In this document: positions 55,400 to 64,000 of the stretch, one piece after another
How the letters are laid out: the number at the start of each line of letters is the position of its first letter
Position numbering within the stretch: the first letter of the stretch is position 1
Assembly (NCBI GenBank): GCA_965240325.2
Contig: OZ251253.1
Location: forward strand, 248,001 to 312,000
Source of the DNA: Rebecca billardiae RCC1528
Lineage: Eukaryota; Protista; Haptophyta
Direction: 5' to 3'
DNA: 64,000 bases
Program-made: the position numbers and the translations under genes
The notes under the pieces: model-generated
What the model saw: only the letters and a program-made list of their open reading frames with translations
What the model was told of the DNA's origin: nothing
Database searches by the model: none

Positions 55400-58300
55400 T
55401 CAGCCCTCGCGCAGTCGGTCGCGCGCCAGGCCACCGACAGTGCGCGCCGCAGCGCGCGCGCCGCGCGCGGCGGCGAACGCCGTCGTTCGCACGCACAGCG
55501 CGACGAGCAGCTCGCACCAGCCTCCCTGCGCACCCATCGGCCCACCGAGCGGGCACGGCGCGTGGCGGCACACGCCGGCGCGCGCGGCGCGCGTCGCCTT
55601 GAGCCCCGCGGCCGTGGTGGCGGTGCCGATGGCCCCGGCGGTGCGGCGCGTCCCGCCACCGCCGCCGCCGGGCCCGCCGCCGATCAGCCCCGCCGCCTCC
55701 ACCGCCACGGCGTCCAGCTCATGGTGCAGGTCGTGGCTGCGCGCCGAGTCACCGCCACCGCCCTCGACGTCATGCGGAGTGCCGTCCGCGTCCGCGCCCA
55801 GCGCGCGGCGCGGCGACGGGAGTGCGCTGAGCCCGCCCGCGGCGGAGGTTCTGCCCAGCTGGCCTCTGCCCAGCTCCGCACTGTCCCACCGCCCGAGCGC
55901 GCGCTCGCGCTCGGCCAGATGTGCGTGCCAGTCCAGCAGGACTACGAGTGGCGCGCGCGCGAGCGCGCGCGCGCTCCGCGCCGCCGCCGGTCCCGCCCGT
56001 CCCGCGAGCGAGGCGCGCTTGGCCGGGCCGCCGCGCGGGCTCGGAAGCGTGCTCGCGCCGTCGGCGGGGGTCCACAGCGCCGCGCCGCGCGGCGGCTGCC
56101 CCGCGCCGCCGCCGCCGCCGCCTGCGCCGATCAAGCTACTGCCTTCAGACGCCGATGCCCAGCCCTGACCCTTCCGCGCCTCGGCCCGCGCGTCGGCGCG
56201 GCCGAGCAGGCGGCGCACGAGCGACGACGCGCGCTGCGCGGCGGACGGCCTCGCGTGGGCCGAGGCCGCGTGCCCGCAAATCACGTCCGTCACGGCCCAC
56301 CCCTGCCCCGCGCGCGCCTCCGCCTTCACCTTCGCCGCCGCCGCCGACGGACCGCCGCCCCGCGGCGAGGGAGGCATGGAAGAAGCGACGCTGCGCGCCG
56401 TGGGCGACGAGCCGACTGTGCAGCTGCTCCACAGCGGGAGGCCCGCGGGGCCGTTAGCCGGCGAGTGCGCGTGGCTCGGGTGCCCGCCGCCGCCCGGACT
56501 CCCGGGCTGGCAGCTCACGGCGTTCGGCGGCACGGCGGACGGCAGCGCGGGCGGCGACGCGCGCCGCGCGCGGCCGTGCGCGTGAGAGTGCATCGGCAGC
56601 GGCGGCCGACCGCTCGCATCTGTCACGGCCGGGTCGTGCGCGCCGGCTGGCAGCAGCGGCGGCGGCGGCGGCGGCGGGATGGCCACTGTCACGTCCGCAC
56701 CGCCGTGCCCGGCTGCGCTCTGCGCCGCGCCGCTGTGCAACAGGGCAGCGCCATGCGGCGGCGGCGCGACGGGCGGCGGGCGCGCGCCGCCGCCGCCCGA
56801 GAGCGGCTCAGTGGGTACGCCTGTGTCCTCCGCAGCGGCGCCATCGCTCGCGCCGCGGCCGCGCTCAGCCACCGCCGCCGCGTGAGCGCGCGCCGGCGAC
56901 GCCCCTTGGCCGGGTGGCTGCAGCCTGGGGCTACGGTTCGGGTTCGGGCTAGGGTTCGGGTTCGGGTTCGGGTTCGGCTGCAGCCTAGGGCTAGGGTTAG
57001 GGTTAGGCTGCAGCCGCGCAAGTGAGGGCCGCGGCGAGCCCGCCGGTGACGTGTGCTGCTGCATCTGCTCGAGCACGCTCCGCAGCTCGGCGGCGCGCGC
57101 CGCGGCGAGCGCCGACGGCAGGAGCGCACCCGTCTGCGACAGCGCGTTCTGCGCCGTCCACAGCAGCTCGCGAATCTCGTCCTCCGAGATCACGCGCGCG
57201 CCGACGGAGCTCAGCGCCATGAGCACTGCCGGAAGGCCCGAGCGCGCGTGCGCGGCGCGGAGCAGCTGTGAGCTCACCAGCTCGACGACCGCGATGCCGA
57301 TGGCCAGGTGGCCCGCCGTGCGCGTGGGCAGGCCGCCGCCGCCAGGGGAGATTGAATCTCCCGCGCCGTCGCCGCCGCCCGCGCCGCCGTCGAGGTCGGC
57401 GCGCGCTGCCACCAGCGCGCCAGCCGGTGGCAGCAGCGCGTCAGGCGGCGGGGAGATTGAATCTCCCGCCGCGACAGCGGGCCCGAGCTCCGGGGGCGGC
57501 TCGCGGCGTAGTTGCGCGAGGCCGCGCGCGCCCGCGCCGCCCGCCGCACCCTCGCCGCCCTCGCCGACGCGCAGGCGCGCTCGCCCGCCCGCCCCGGACT
57601 CTGCGGAGCCCGACCCGGACTCTGCGGCCGGACTCGGAGGCCCCTCGGGCGGAATCAGTAGCGCGTCCCACGCGCGCACGAGCGCGTGTGGCGCCATGCT
57701 GTTGACGAACAGGCACAGGAACCAGTTGGCCGACGCGAGGGCCAGCCCGTCCCGAAGGGCGTCGGCGAACGCTTCAGCGCCGCCGCGGTCCCCACCGCCA
57801 CCGCTGCCGCCGCCGCCAACACCGCCGCCGCCGCCGCCGCTGCCGCGATCGCCGCCGCCGCCGCCAACACCGCCGCCGCCGCCGCCGCTGCCGCGGTCGC
57901 AGGAGCCGCCGCCAAAGCTGCCAGCGCCGCTCCAGCTGCCGCTTCTGTGGAAGCTGCTGCCGCTGCCGCCGCCGCCGCCACCGCCGCCAACACGGCCACC
58001 GCCGTCACAGCTGCCGCTTCGGTGGAGGCTGCCGTCGGCGGCGTCACTGCCGTTGGGCGGCGGCGCGGGCGGCGCGGCCGACAGAGCGGCTGTCGCGTGC
58101 GCGCCGGCGCCGGCGCTCCTCAGCCCCGGCGTGCCCGCGCCGCCGCCGTCGCCGCCCGCCGCCGCCGCCGCCGCCGCCCCGTGCGCCTCCTGCGACGTCG
58201 GCAGCCGGCGCGCGAGCGCGCCCAGCGCCGGCGCGGCCGGGCCGGGCGCGGTGCGCGCAACCGCCTCCAACCCATCGCGCAGCGGCGACGCAAGAGTCAT

Positions 58301-59212
58301 CTGCGCACGCGACACGAGTGCCTCGCTCGCCGAGCGCGCGCGGCTGCGCGCGGACTGCAGCGGGCTCGCGCCCACGGCCGCGCTCGCCAGCTCCGCGCCC
58401 AGGCAGCCCGGCGAGCCGCGCCGCTTGAAGCTGCTCTGCTGCTGCGCCCTGAAGCTGCCGCCCTGCGCGCCGCCGCCGCTTCCGGCGGCGGCGGCGGCGG
58501 CGGCCGCAAGGAACTCGGTGGCGGAGTTGGTGACGGCGATCTCGGGCGGCAGCGCGCGCGGCGCCGGCGCCTCGCGCACCAGCTCCCCGCCGCCGCCGCC
58601 GAGCTCGAGCAGCGGCCGGAGCGAGGGCGCCGCGGCGGAGTCCACCACGAGACGGCCGAGCAGCTGTGAATCGGCCTGCACGCCAGGCAGCAGCGGCGCG
58701 GCATAGAACCCGTGCGGAAGGACGCGCGCGCAGAGCGCGACGAAGGTCCAGAACGCGCTCGCCTCCGCGTCCTCGTCCGGCAGCGCGGGCTCGTTGCGCG
58801 CCACGGCAAGCAGCGTCGCGAGCACGAAGTTCATGCCCTGCCAGTAGTGGCTGTGGCCGGGCGCGTGCGCGCACCATGCGACGAGCATGCGCTCGAGCGC
58901 GGCCGCGTGCGCGTCGGAGCCCTGCCAAGCGGGCGCGTCGCCGCCCGCGCCGCCGCCGAGCACGCCCTCGCGCGCGCCCAGCGCGTCGAGCCCGTCCACC
59001 GTCGAGCGGCGGACGTCGAGGTCAATCTGACGCGCGTCGCCGTCGGAGAGCTCGCGCCGCGCGGCGGCCAGCTCGAGGTACGAGCGCGGCGAGAGGCGGG
59101 CGAGCTCGAGCGCGCCCACGCGGGCGGGCCAGGTGCGCGCGCACCGCCGGAGGAACTCGCGGTACACCTCCGCCGCGGCCTCGTCGGCCCATGGCCCCGA
59201 GGAAGCCGCCAT
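55400..59212 (-). CDS. TBC (Rab-GAP) domain protein with long low-complexity insertions
   Basis: QIDLDVRRS (IxxDxxR), YWQGMNFV (YxQ), AFWTF, WFLCLF, RAWD; cryptic introns cannot be excluded. Confidence 0.75.
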   Translation of the reverse strand: MAASSGPWADEAAAEVYREFLRRCARTWPARVGALELARLSPRSYLELAAARRELSDGDARQIDLDVRRSTVDGLDALGAREGVLGGGAGGDAPAWQGSDAHAAALERMLVAWCAHAPGHSHYWQGMNFVLATLLAVARNEPALPDEDAEASAFWTFVALCARVLPHGFYAAPLLPGVQADSQLLGRLVVDSAAAPSLRPLLELGGGGGELVREAPAPRALPPEIAVTNSATEFLAAAAAAAAGSGGGAQGGSFRAQQQSSFKRRGSPGCLGAELASAAVGASPLQSARSRARSASEALVSRAQMTLASPLRDGLEAVARTAPGPAAPALGALARRLPTSQEAHGAAAAAAAGGDGGGAGTPGLRSAGAGAHATAALSAAPPAPPPNGSDAADGSLHRSGSCDGGGRVGGGGGGGGSGSSFHRSGSWSGAGSFGGGSCDRGSGGGGGGVGGGGGDRGSGGGGGGVGGGGSGGGGDRGGAEAFADALRDGLALASANWFLCLFVNSMAPHALVRAWDALLIPPEGPPSPAAESGSGSAESGAGGRARLRVGEGGEGAAGGAGARGLAQLRREPPPELGPAVAAGDSISPPPDALLPPAGALVAARADLDGGAGGGDGAGDSISPGGGGLPTRTAGHLAIGIAVVELVSSQLLRAAHARSGLPAVLMALSSVGARVISEDEIRELLWTAQNALSQTGALLPSALAAARAAELRSVLEQMQQHTSPAGSPRPSLARLQPNPNPSPRLQPNPNPNPNPSPNPNRSPRLQPPGQGASPARAHAAAVAERGRGASDGAAAEDTGVPTEPLSGGGGARPPPVAPPPHGAALLHSGAAQSAAGHGGADVTVAIPPPPPPPLLPAGAHDPAVTDASGRPPLPMHSHAHGRARRASPPALPSAVPPNAVSCQPGSPGGGGHPSHAHSPANGPAGLPLWSSCTVGSSPTARSVASSMPPSPRGGGPSAAAAKVKAEARAGQGWAVTDVICGHAASAHARPSAAQRASSLVRRLLGRADARAEARKGQGWASASEGSSLIGAGGGGGGAGQPPRGAALWTPADGASTLPSPRGGPAKRASLAGRAGPAAARSARALARAPLVVLLDWHAHLAERERALGRWDSAELGRGQLGRTSAAGGLSALPSPRRALGADADGTPHDVEGGGGDSARSHDLHHELDAVAVEAAGLIGGGPGGGGGGTRRTAGAIGTATTAAGLKATRAARAGVCRHAPCPLGGPMGAQGGWCELLVALCVRTTAFAAARGARAAARTVGGLARDRLREG

Positions 59213-59462
59213 CTCCCCGGGCCGCCCGCCAGCCGCCGCCACCCTCGGCCGTGGCAGCAGCGAGCAGCCGAGCACTGGCAGTGGTGAGAGCGCCAGAGCG
59301 GGGCGGCTCGGCTCTCCCTTGGACCTTGGCTGGGTAATGTGCTTTACGCTTTACGACAAAATAATGCGCAACTTTACCCGCGAGCCCCATTCATTCGCCG
59401 GTTGGGCGATGACCAGCCGCGGCGAAGCGGCTTTCTCGGCGGCGCCGGCAAGCTGTGCAGCA

Positions 59463-61587
59463 ATGGCAGTGCACTCGCCGAAGCATCCGAGGCGGCCGAC
59501 CCCGGCCGGCGCACCCGCGCCCGCCGTGGGCGCGGTGCAGATCTTCTTGCGCACGCCATCTGGCCGCACGCGCGTGCTCCGCGTCGACCGGCATACCTCC
59601 GTCGCCACCCTCAAACGGCTCGTAGCCGCGCGGCCCGGCCAGCGCCTCGTTCGCGGCACGGGCCGGCAACTGGACGACGCGCGCTCGCTGGCCGACGCGC
59701 GTGTGGAGGACGGCGCGACGCTGCAGCTCCTCGCGAGCATGCGCGGCGGCTGCCCGCCCGAGAGCTGCTGCTGCTTCTCACTGTACGAGGTGCGCGCGGC
59801 GCCCGCGCGCGCACCAGCCAGGCGGCGCCGCCGGCGCCACCCGCCGACTTGTGTCCCGCGCCGCGCGCCCGCACGCCGCTCGGTGCGCGCGCAGGGCACC
59901 AAGTTCTTCACCACCGTCTTCGTCGCGCTCCATGTCGTCGGCGCGATCATCCTCGCCCTCCTCGCGTACATGTGCAACGCCGAGTGGGACGGCGGCACCG
60001 GGAGCGGAGGCAAGCCGATCTGCACGCGCGACGATTCATATATTCCCATTCTTTTCTTTATTCTGCTCACGCTGCGCGCGGCGGTCGAGGCGCGCGGGCT
60101 GCGCGCGATCTACGCGCTCGACGCGATCGGGCTCCGCCGCTTCGTCACGTACGAGGCCGTGCTCGTCCTCATCGGCATCGGGCTCGCGTTCGTCGCGCCG
60201 TCGTCGACCGGTCCCTTTCACCTTGACAACACCAGAGGCCCCTCCGCCATCTCCGTGCTGCTCGAGGGTGCGCGCGGGCACGCGCGCAGACGGGCGGGGC
60301 GTGCGCGCGGGAGCCACGCGCGCGGCGGGCGCGGGCGCGCGGCTGGGTGGGGGGCCCAGAGGGCGCGCGCCAAAGCGGCCGTGCGCGGCGGAGCGGACGA
60401 CGGCCGCGCGGCCGAACGGGCCGCGCCGCGGGGCGTGCTGGGCGCCGGGCCGCTGCCGGGCGCGATCCGCACGCGCCACGCGGCTCCGGAGCTCACGCCC
60501 CCGGCGCGCGCCCCGGCGGCGGGTGTGCCCTGTGTGCTGCGTGCGCGCGGCGCGGCGCGGCGCGGTGCGATGCGGTGCGGTGCGGCGTGGTGCGGCGCGG
60601 TGCGGCGCGGTGGGCGCAGGCTGGTTTGTGTATGCCATCAAAGTCCTGTCGGAAGAGGTGAGGGCTGCACCCGGACTGCGCGCCAAGCCGCGGTCCGAGG
60701 AGCTGCCACGAGCCCCCGCTGCACACCTTGCTCGTTGGCTCGGGGCCACTCGGCAGCGACTCCGGAGGGACAAGGCGGGCTGTGCCACAGTGGGGCGACT
60801 CTGGAGGGACAAGGCGGGCTGTGCCACAGTGGGGCGACTCTGGAGGGACAAGGCGGGCTGTGCCACAGTGGGGCGACTCTGGAGGGACAAGGCGGGCTGT
60901 GCCACAGTGGGAGCTATTGCGCCGCTGGGAGCCAAGAACCGGGTCGGCCTCCTTGGTTTGGGTTAGGGTTAGGGTTAGGGTTGCGTGCCCCGCGCCTGGC
61001 CCACAAGCAGCCAGCTGCGAGCCATCGCCGTGCTGCCCCTGCCCCGGCTGTGCTGCCCACCGCCGGCACTGCGCCGCTGAGGCTCGCTCCTTAATCCGCC
61101 GCGCCCGCCCCCGGCGCGTCCTGCGTGCGCGCGCGCGCAGGTGTCCGCGGGCCATGTGAGTGCCGGCGTGGACAGCAGCTCGCAGCCGCCGCCGTACCCG
61201 CGCATGCGCGTCTCCACTGGCGGGCACAGCGGCATGGGGAGCGGCTACAGCCGCGGGGCCACGCCGGGCAGCTCGGTGATTGGCACACCTATAATGGGCA
61301 CGCCTCGGGAGTACCCGTCGTCGCCCGTCCCGAATAAGCCCGGCATGCGGTGCTCCGCCTCGTCGCCACAGCTCAGCTCGCTGCACTTCCCGCCGCCGGG
61401 GCCCGGAGGCGCGACGAGCCATGCCGGCTCGTGCCGAGGCGGCGGGGGGCAGCTGGCGGGCGGGAGAGGCGGCGCGCGCGGCGCAGACGGCGGCAGCACG
61501 TCCGCGGCGGACGCGCTTGGCACGCCGCCGCCGACGATGGCGAGCCCTGCCGCCACCACGCAGCGGCCTGGCGGGTTGATGCTATGA
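59463..61587 (+). CDS. Ubiquitin-like domain + multi-TM protein; introns 59790-59894, 60268-60619, 60658-61140
   Basis: VQIFLRTPSGRT...QLDDARSLAD...TLQLLASMRGG followed by CCCF and 3-4 hydrophobic helices; GT-AG junctions keep the frame. Confidence 0.7.
60756..60912. repeat. Intronic 39-bp minisatellite x4
   Basis: GCGACTCTGGAGGGACAAGGCGGGCTGTGCCACAGTGGG in tandem. Confidence 0.95.
60960..60982. repeat. Interstitial telomere-like (TTAGGG)n in an intron
   Basis: GGGTTAGGGTTAGGGTTAGGGTT. Confidence 0.85.
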
Positions 61588-61967
61588 GTGTGACCGCCGC
61601 CGAGCCGCTGTCTACTCCGACTAGGGCCGCGCGGCGGCGGCAGGCCGCGGGTCGCGGCGCTGGCAGCGTCCACGGTGCCTCCACGGGCCGAGGGCGGCCA
61701 GCCGCCGGCGGACGCCGAGGGCGGACGCGCTGCTGCGCCTGTCTTGGACTTGAGCGGTCGCAGCCATCATCGTCATCAAGCAGCACGCGGCGGCCGAGTC
61801 CTCTTTATCTGCTTATTTAGTTTTTTAGTTATTAGACGCGCGTGCGCCCCCGCAGGCTGACAGACTCACACGGCGACGCATGCATGCACGTAGCGTGCAG
61901 GCACGACCGGCGCGCCGATCCTGAGGCTGACTGGCTGAGCGCCCGGCTCCGACGTCGTCACGGAATA

Positions 61968-62132
61968 CAGGGGCGTTCCCCGCATCGGTCATACGCCAAA
62001 TTGAACCGTCTTCCTATTGGAACGGGCTTCGTCCATTTGAAGCGGGTACATTGAATACGGAAAAAGGCAAAGCCCCCCCAGGGGGGGCTTTGCTTTTCGG
62101 GAGCGTGTGGCAGGATCCCGGGAACGCCCTTG
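61968..62132. mobile_element. Small hAT-like MITE candidate with central palindrome
   Basis: Imperfect TIR CAGGGGCGTTCCCCGCATC / GATCCCGGGAACGCCCTTG; internal perfect 13-bp IR at 62067..62093; no clear TSD. Confidence 0.45.
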
Positions 62133-62365
62133 TTGACGGATCGTCCGAGTCGGATGCCGCCGCCCGCGGCGGCCTGTGCGGCGCGGCGGCGAGAGCCTCA
62201 CATGAATGCCGATGAGAACAAGTGAGAGTGGTAGATGCGCGGCCCCAGCCCGCTCGGTTTCGGGGCTCTCGGGCTCGGGCCGCTGCGAGGATGCCGGTGA
62301 CGTGACCGTCGCGGCGATTGGCGGCGACGCCCGGGTTGGCTGTGGGCCGGCTACGACTCGTTCGG

Positions 62366-62899
62366 CTACAGGTAGACACGCTGCATACCGTGCACGGACT
62401 GGCGGCAGACGGGGCACTGCACTCCAGCCGACCGTCCCCGCAGGCGCAGCGCGCACGCCGCGCACAGGCACGCGTGCCCGCACGGCCGGAGCGCAACCGT
62501 GACCTGCGACTCCATGCAGACTTTGCAAGCAACCGCATCGGTCTGCGCGGCCGAGCTCGGGATGGCCTCGAGCTCGGCGTCGGTGAGCGAGGCGCCCTCG
62601 GGCTGTCCGCTAGGCTGGGCCGTGCCGAGGTCGCGGTGCAGCCGCGCGCGCTGCTCCTCGGGCAGCTGCTCGTAGTGCTCGAGCACCGTCCGGCCGGTGT
62701 TGTCACGGAACGTGCCGCCCGCAGCGCCGGCGACGAGACCGGCGACGAGGCCGACGGGCCCGCCAAGCGTGAGGCCGAGGATGGCGCCTCCCGCGGCTCC
62801 GGCGAACGCCCACTGGCCGGGCGGTCCGAAGCCCTCGGCGAACGGGGATTCCACTGCCGGGGCGCCTGCTTGTGGACGTGGCGCGGAGGACGACGCCAT
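62366..62899 (-). CDS. Glycine-zipper TM + C3HC4 RING finger protein (putative E3 ligase)
   Basis: CKVC...LRPCGHACLCAAC...CPVCR; GAAGGAILGLTLGGPVG zipper. Confidence 0.85.
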   Translation of the reverse strand: MASSSAPRPQAGAPAVESPFAEGFGPPGQWAFAGAAGGAILGLTLGGPVGLVAGLVAGAAGGTFRDNTGRTVLEHYEQLPEEQRARLHRDLGTAQPSGQPEGASLTDAELEAIPSSAAQTDAVACKVCMESQVTVALRPCGHACLCAACALRLRGRSAGVQCPVCRQSVHGMQRVYL

Positions 62900-63095
62900 G
62901 ACGCCCGGGAACGAGGGGCGAGGACTCAGGTTTCAGGACCGCCGATCTACAGATCGGAAGCGGGATGAACCGGCGCGGCCGCTTCGCCTGTTACGCCCGG
63001 CTGCGCAACCGAGCAGCGCAGGGTGGCCGCCGGAGCCGCACACACGTGCGCAGCGCCAGGCCCCACGGTGCCCGGCGCGGCGCCCGAGCAGCGCG

Positions 63096-64000
63096 ATGTC
63101 GGCACGGCGACTGGAGCGCAAGGTGGGCGCGGGCTCGACCAACCGCCCCTCCCTCGGCGGCCGCTGCGGCACCAGCTCCAGCACCGACTCGGAGTCGGTC
63201 AAGCCGCGCGTGTACAAGTCGTCGTGGAAGCACGCGCCGCCGATTAACAAGGTGATGGTGGCGGTGGACAACAACGAGCGCGTGGACATGTCGGCGGGTC
63301 TGAACGAGAAGATGACCGCCGCGCTCGAGCAGGCCGACGTCACCACCGCGCGCCACGCCAAGTTCGCCATCGGCATCCTGCGCGACCGCTTCGCGCTGCG
63401 CAAGCAATTCACAGAAACCTTCCGCCGGATCGACACGGACAAGTCGAACCGCGTGAACAAGCCCGAGCTGAAGAAGTTCCTCGACGCGCTCAGCTGCCCG
63501 CTCGACGAGAAGGCGATGGACCTCGTCATGCTCCAGATCGACCCGAACGGCGACGGCTCCGTCGAGCTGCACGAGCTCACGGACAATCTGCTCCGGCTGG
63601 GCGCGTGGGGCGTGCACGACCCGTTCATGTCGAACGCGCTGCGCAACGACATGTCGGACGTGAAGCTCGCGACGGCGGACAGGCACACGCAGCTCGTCGA
63701 GGACTACACCGCCAAGTCCGCCCTCCGCCGCGCCGTGCCGCCGCGCGCGCTCGAGAAGGCTCTGACACAGACCTCCCTCGCCCGGACCGCGGACCAGCTT
63801 CCGGACTTGGAGGCGGCGGCGGCGGCGGCGGGCGGGAGCAAGGCGACGGAGGCGGCGAAGAACCTGTTCCTCCGGCCGCACGACCCGCTCGAGGGCACCC
63901 TCGACGCGCACGAGTTCACCGCCACCGTGCGCTCCATCTCGACGCTCAACTCGCGGCGCGCGGCGCGCATCGGCCCGGGGCCGGACGGCCGTGTCGAGAT
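63096..64000 (+). CDS. EF-hand calcium-binding protein (runs off the window end)
   Basis: Open frame from ATG 63096 with FRRIDTDKSNRVNKPEL and IDPNGDGSVELHEL. Confidence 0.8.
   Translation, partial: MSARRLERKVGAGSTNRPSLGGRCGTSSSTDSESVKPRVYKSSWKHAPPINKVMVAVDNNERVDMSAGLNEKMTAALEQADVTTARHAKFAIGILRDRFALRKQFTETFRRIDTDKSNRVNKPELKKFLDALSCPLDEKAMDLVMLQIDPNGDGSVELHELTDNLLRLGAWGVHDPFMSNALRNDMSDVKLATADRHTQLVEDYTAKSALRRAVPPRALEKALTQTSLARTADQLPDLEAAAAAAGGSKATEAAKNLFLRPHDPLEGTLDAHEFTATVRSISTLNSRRAARIGPGPDGRVE

Noticed and set aside
62060-62098. Rho-independent terminator-like hairpin with T tail
   Set aside because: Eukaryotic intron-containing context; better explained as an internal palindrome of a MITE

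Overview
Very GC-rich eukaryotic nuclear DNA with GT-AG introns, TTAGGG tracts and signal-peptide-bearing plastid-type genes. This fits a haptophyte-like alga with a complex plastid (inference). The first ~4.6 kb is satellite/repeat-rich. From ~4.6 to 27.8 kb lies a tandem cluster of three kinase genes. Each ends in an array of near-identical 144-bp (48-aa) armadillo repeats (13, 17 and 17 copies) that vary almost only at residues on one face of the ligand-binding helix, and each is followed by a convergent TauE-family transporter copy. Two genes carry an EDR1/CTR1-like domain plus a non-RD kinase. The third carries an MLKL/RPW8-like helical N-terminus plus a different, RD kinase, on the same repeat array, caps and 3' flank. 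This looks like a modular, rapidly diversifying innate-immune/recognition receptor family and is the main candidate novel system. The rest is compact, mostly head-to-head housekeeping genes: 2OG oxygenase, CS-LRR, CCHC zinc knuckle, thioredoxin with exon-modular DxDGDG repeats, MGDG synthase, sterol desaturase-like, M41-like, MenE-like, CCDC86-like, purple acid phosphatase, TBC, Ubl-TM, RING and EF-hand. Mobile DNA includes a split-direct-repeat (TOC1/PAT-like) element, a TIR MITE and a CRE-like LINE fragment nested in one (TA)n locus, and a small hAT-like MITE candidate. All family assignments come from motif recognition by eye, not database searches.
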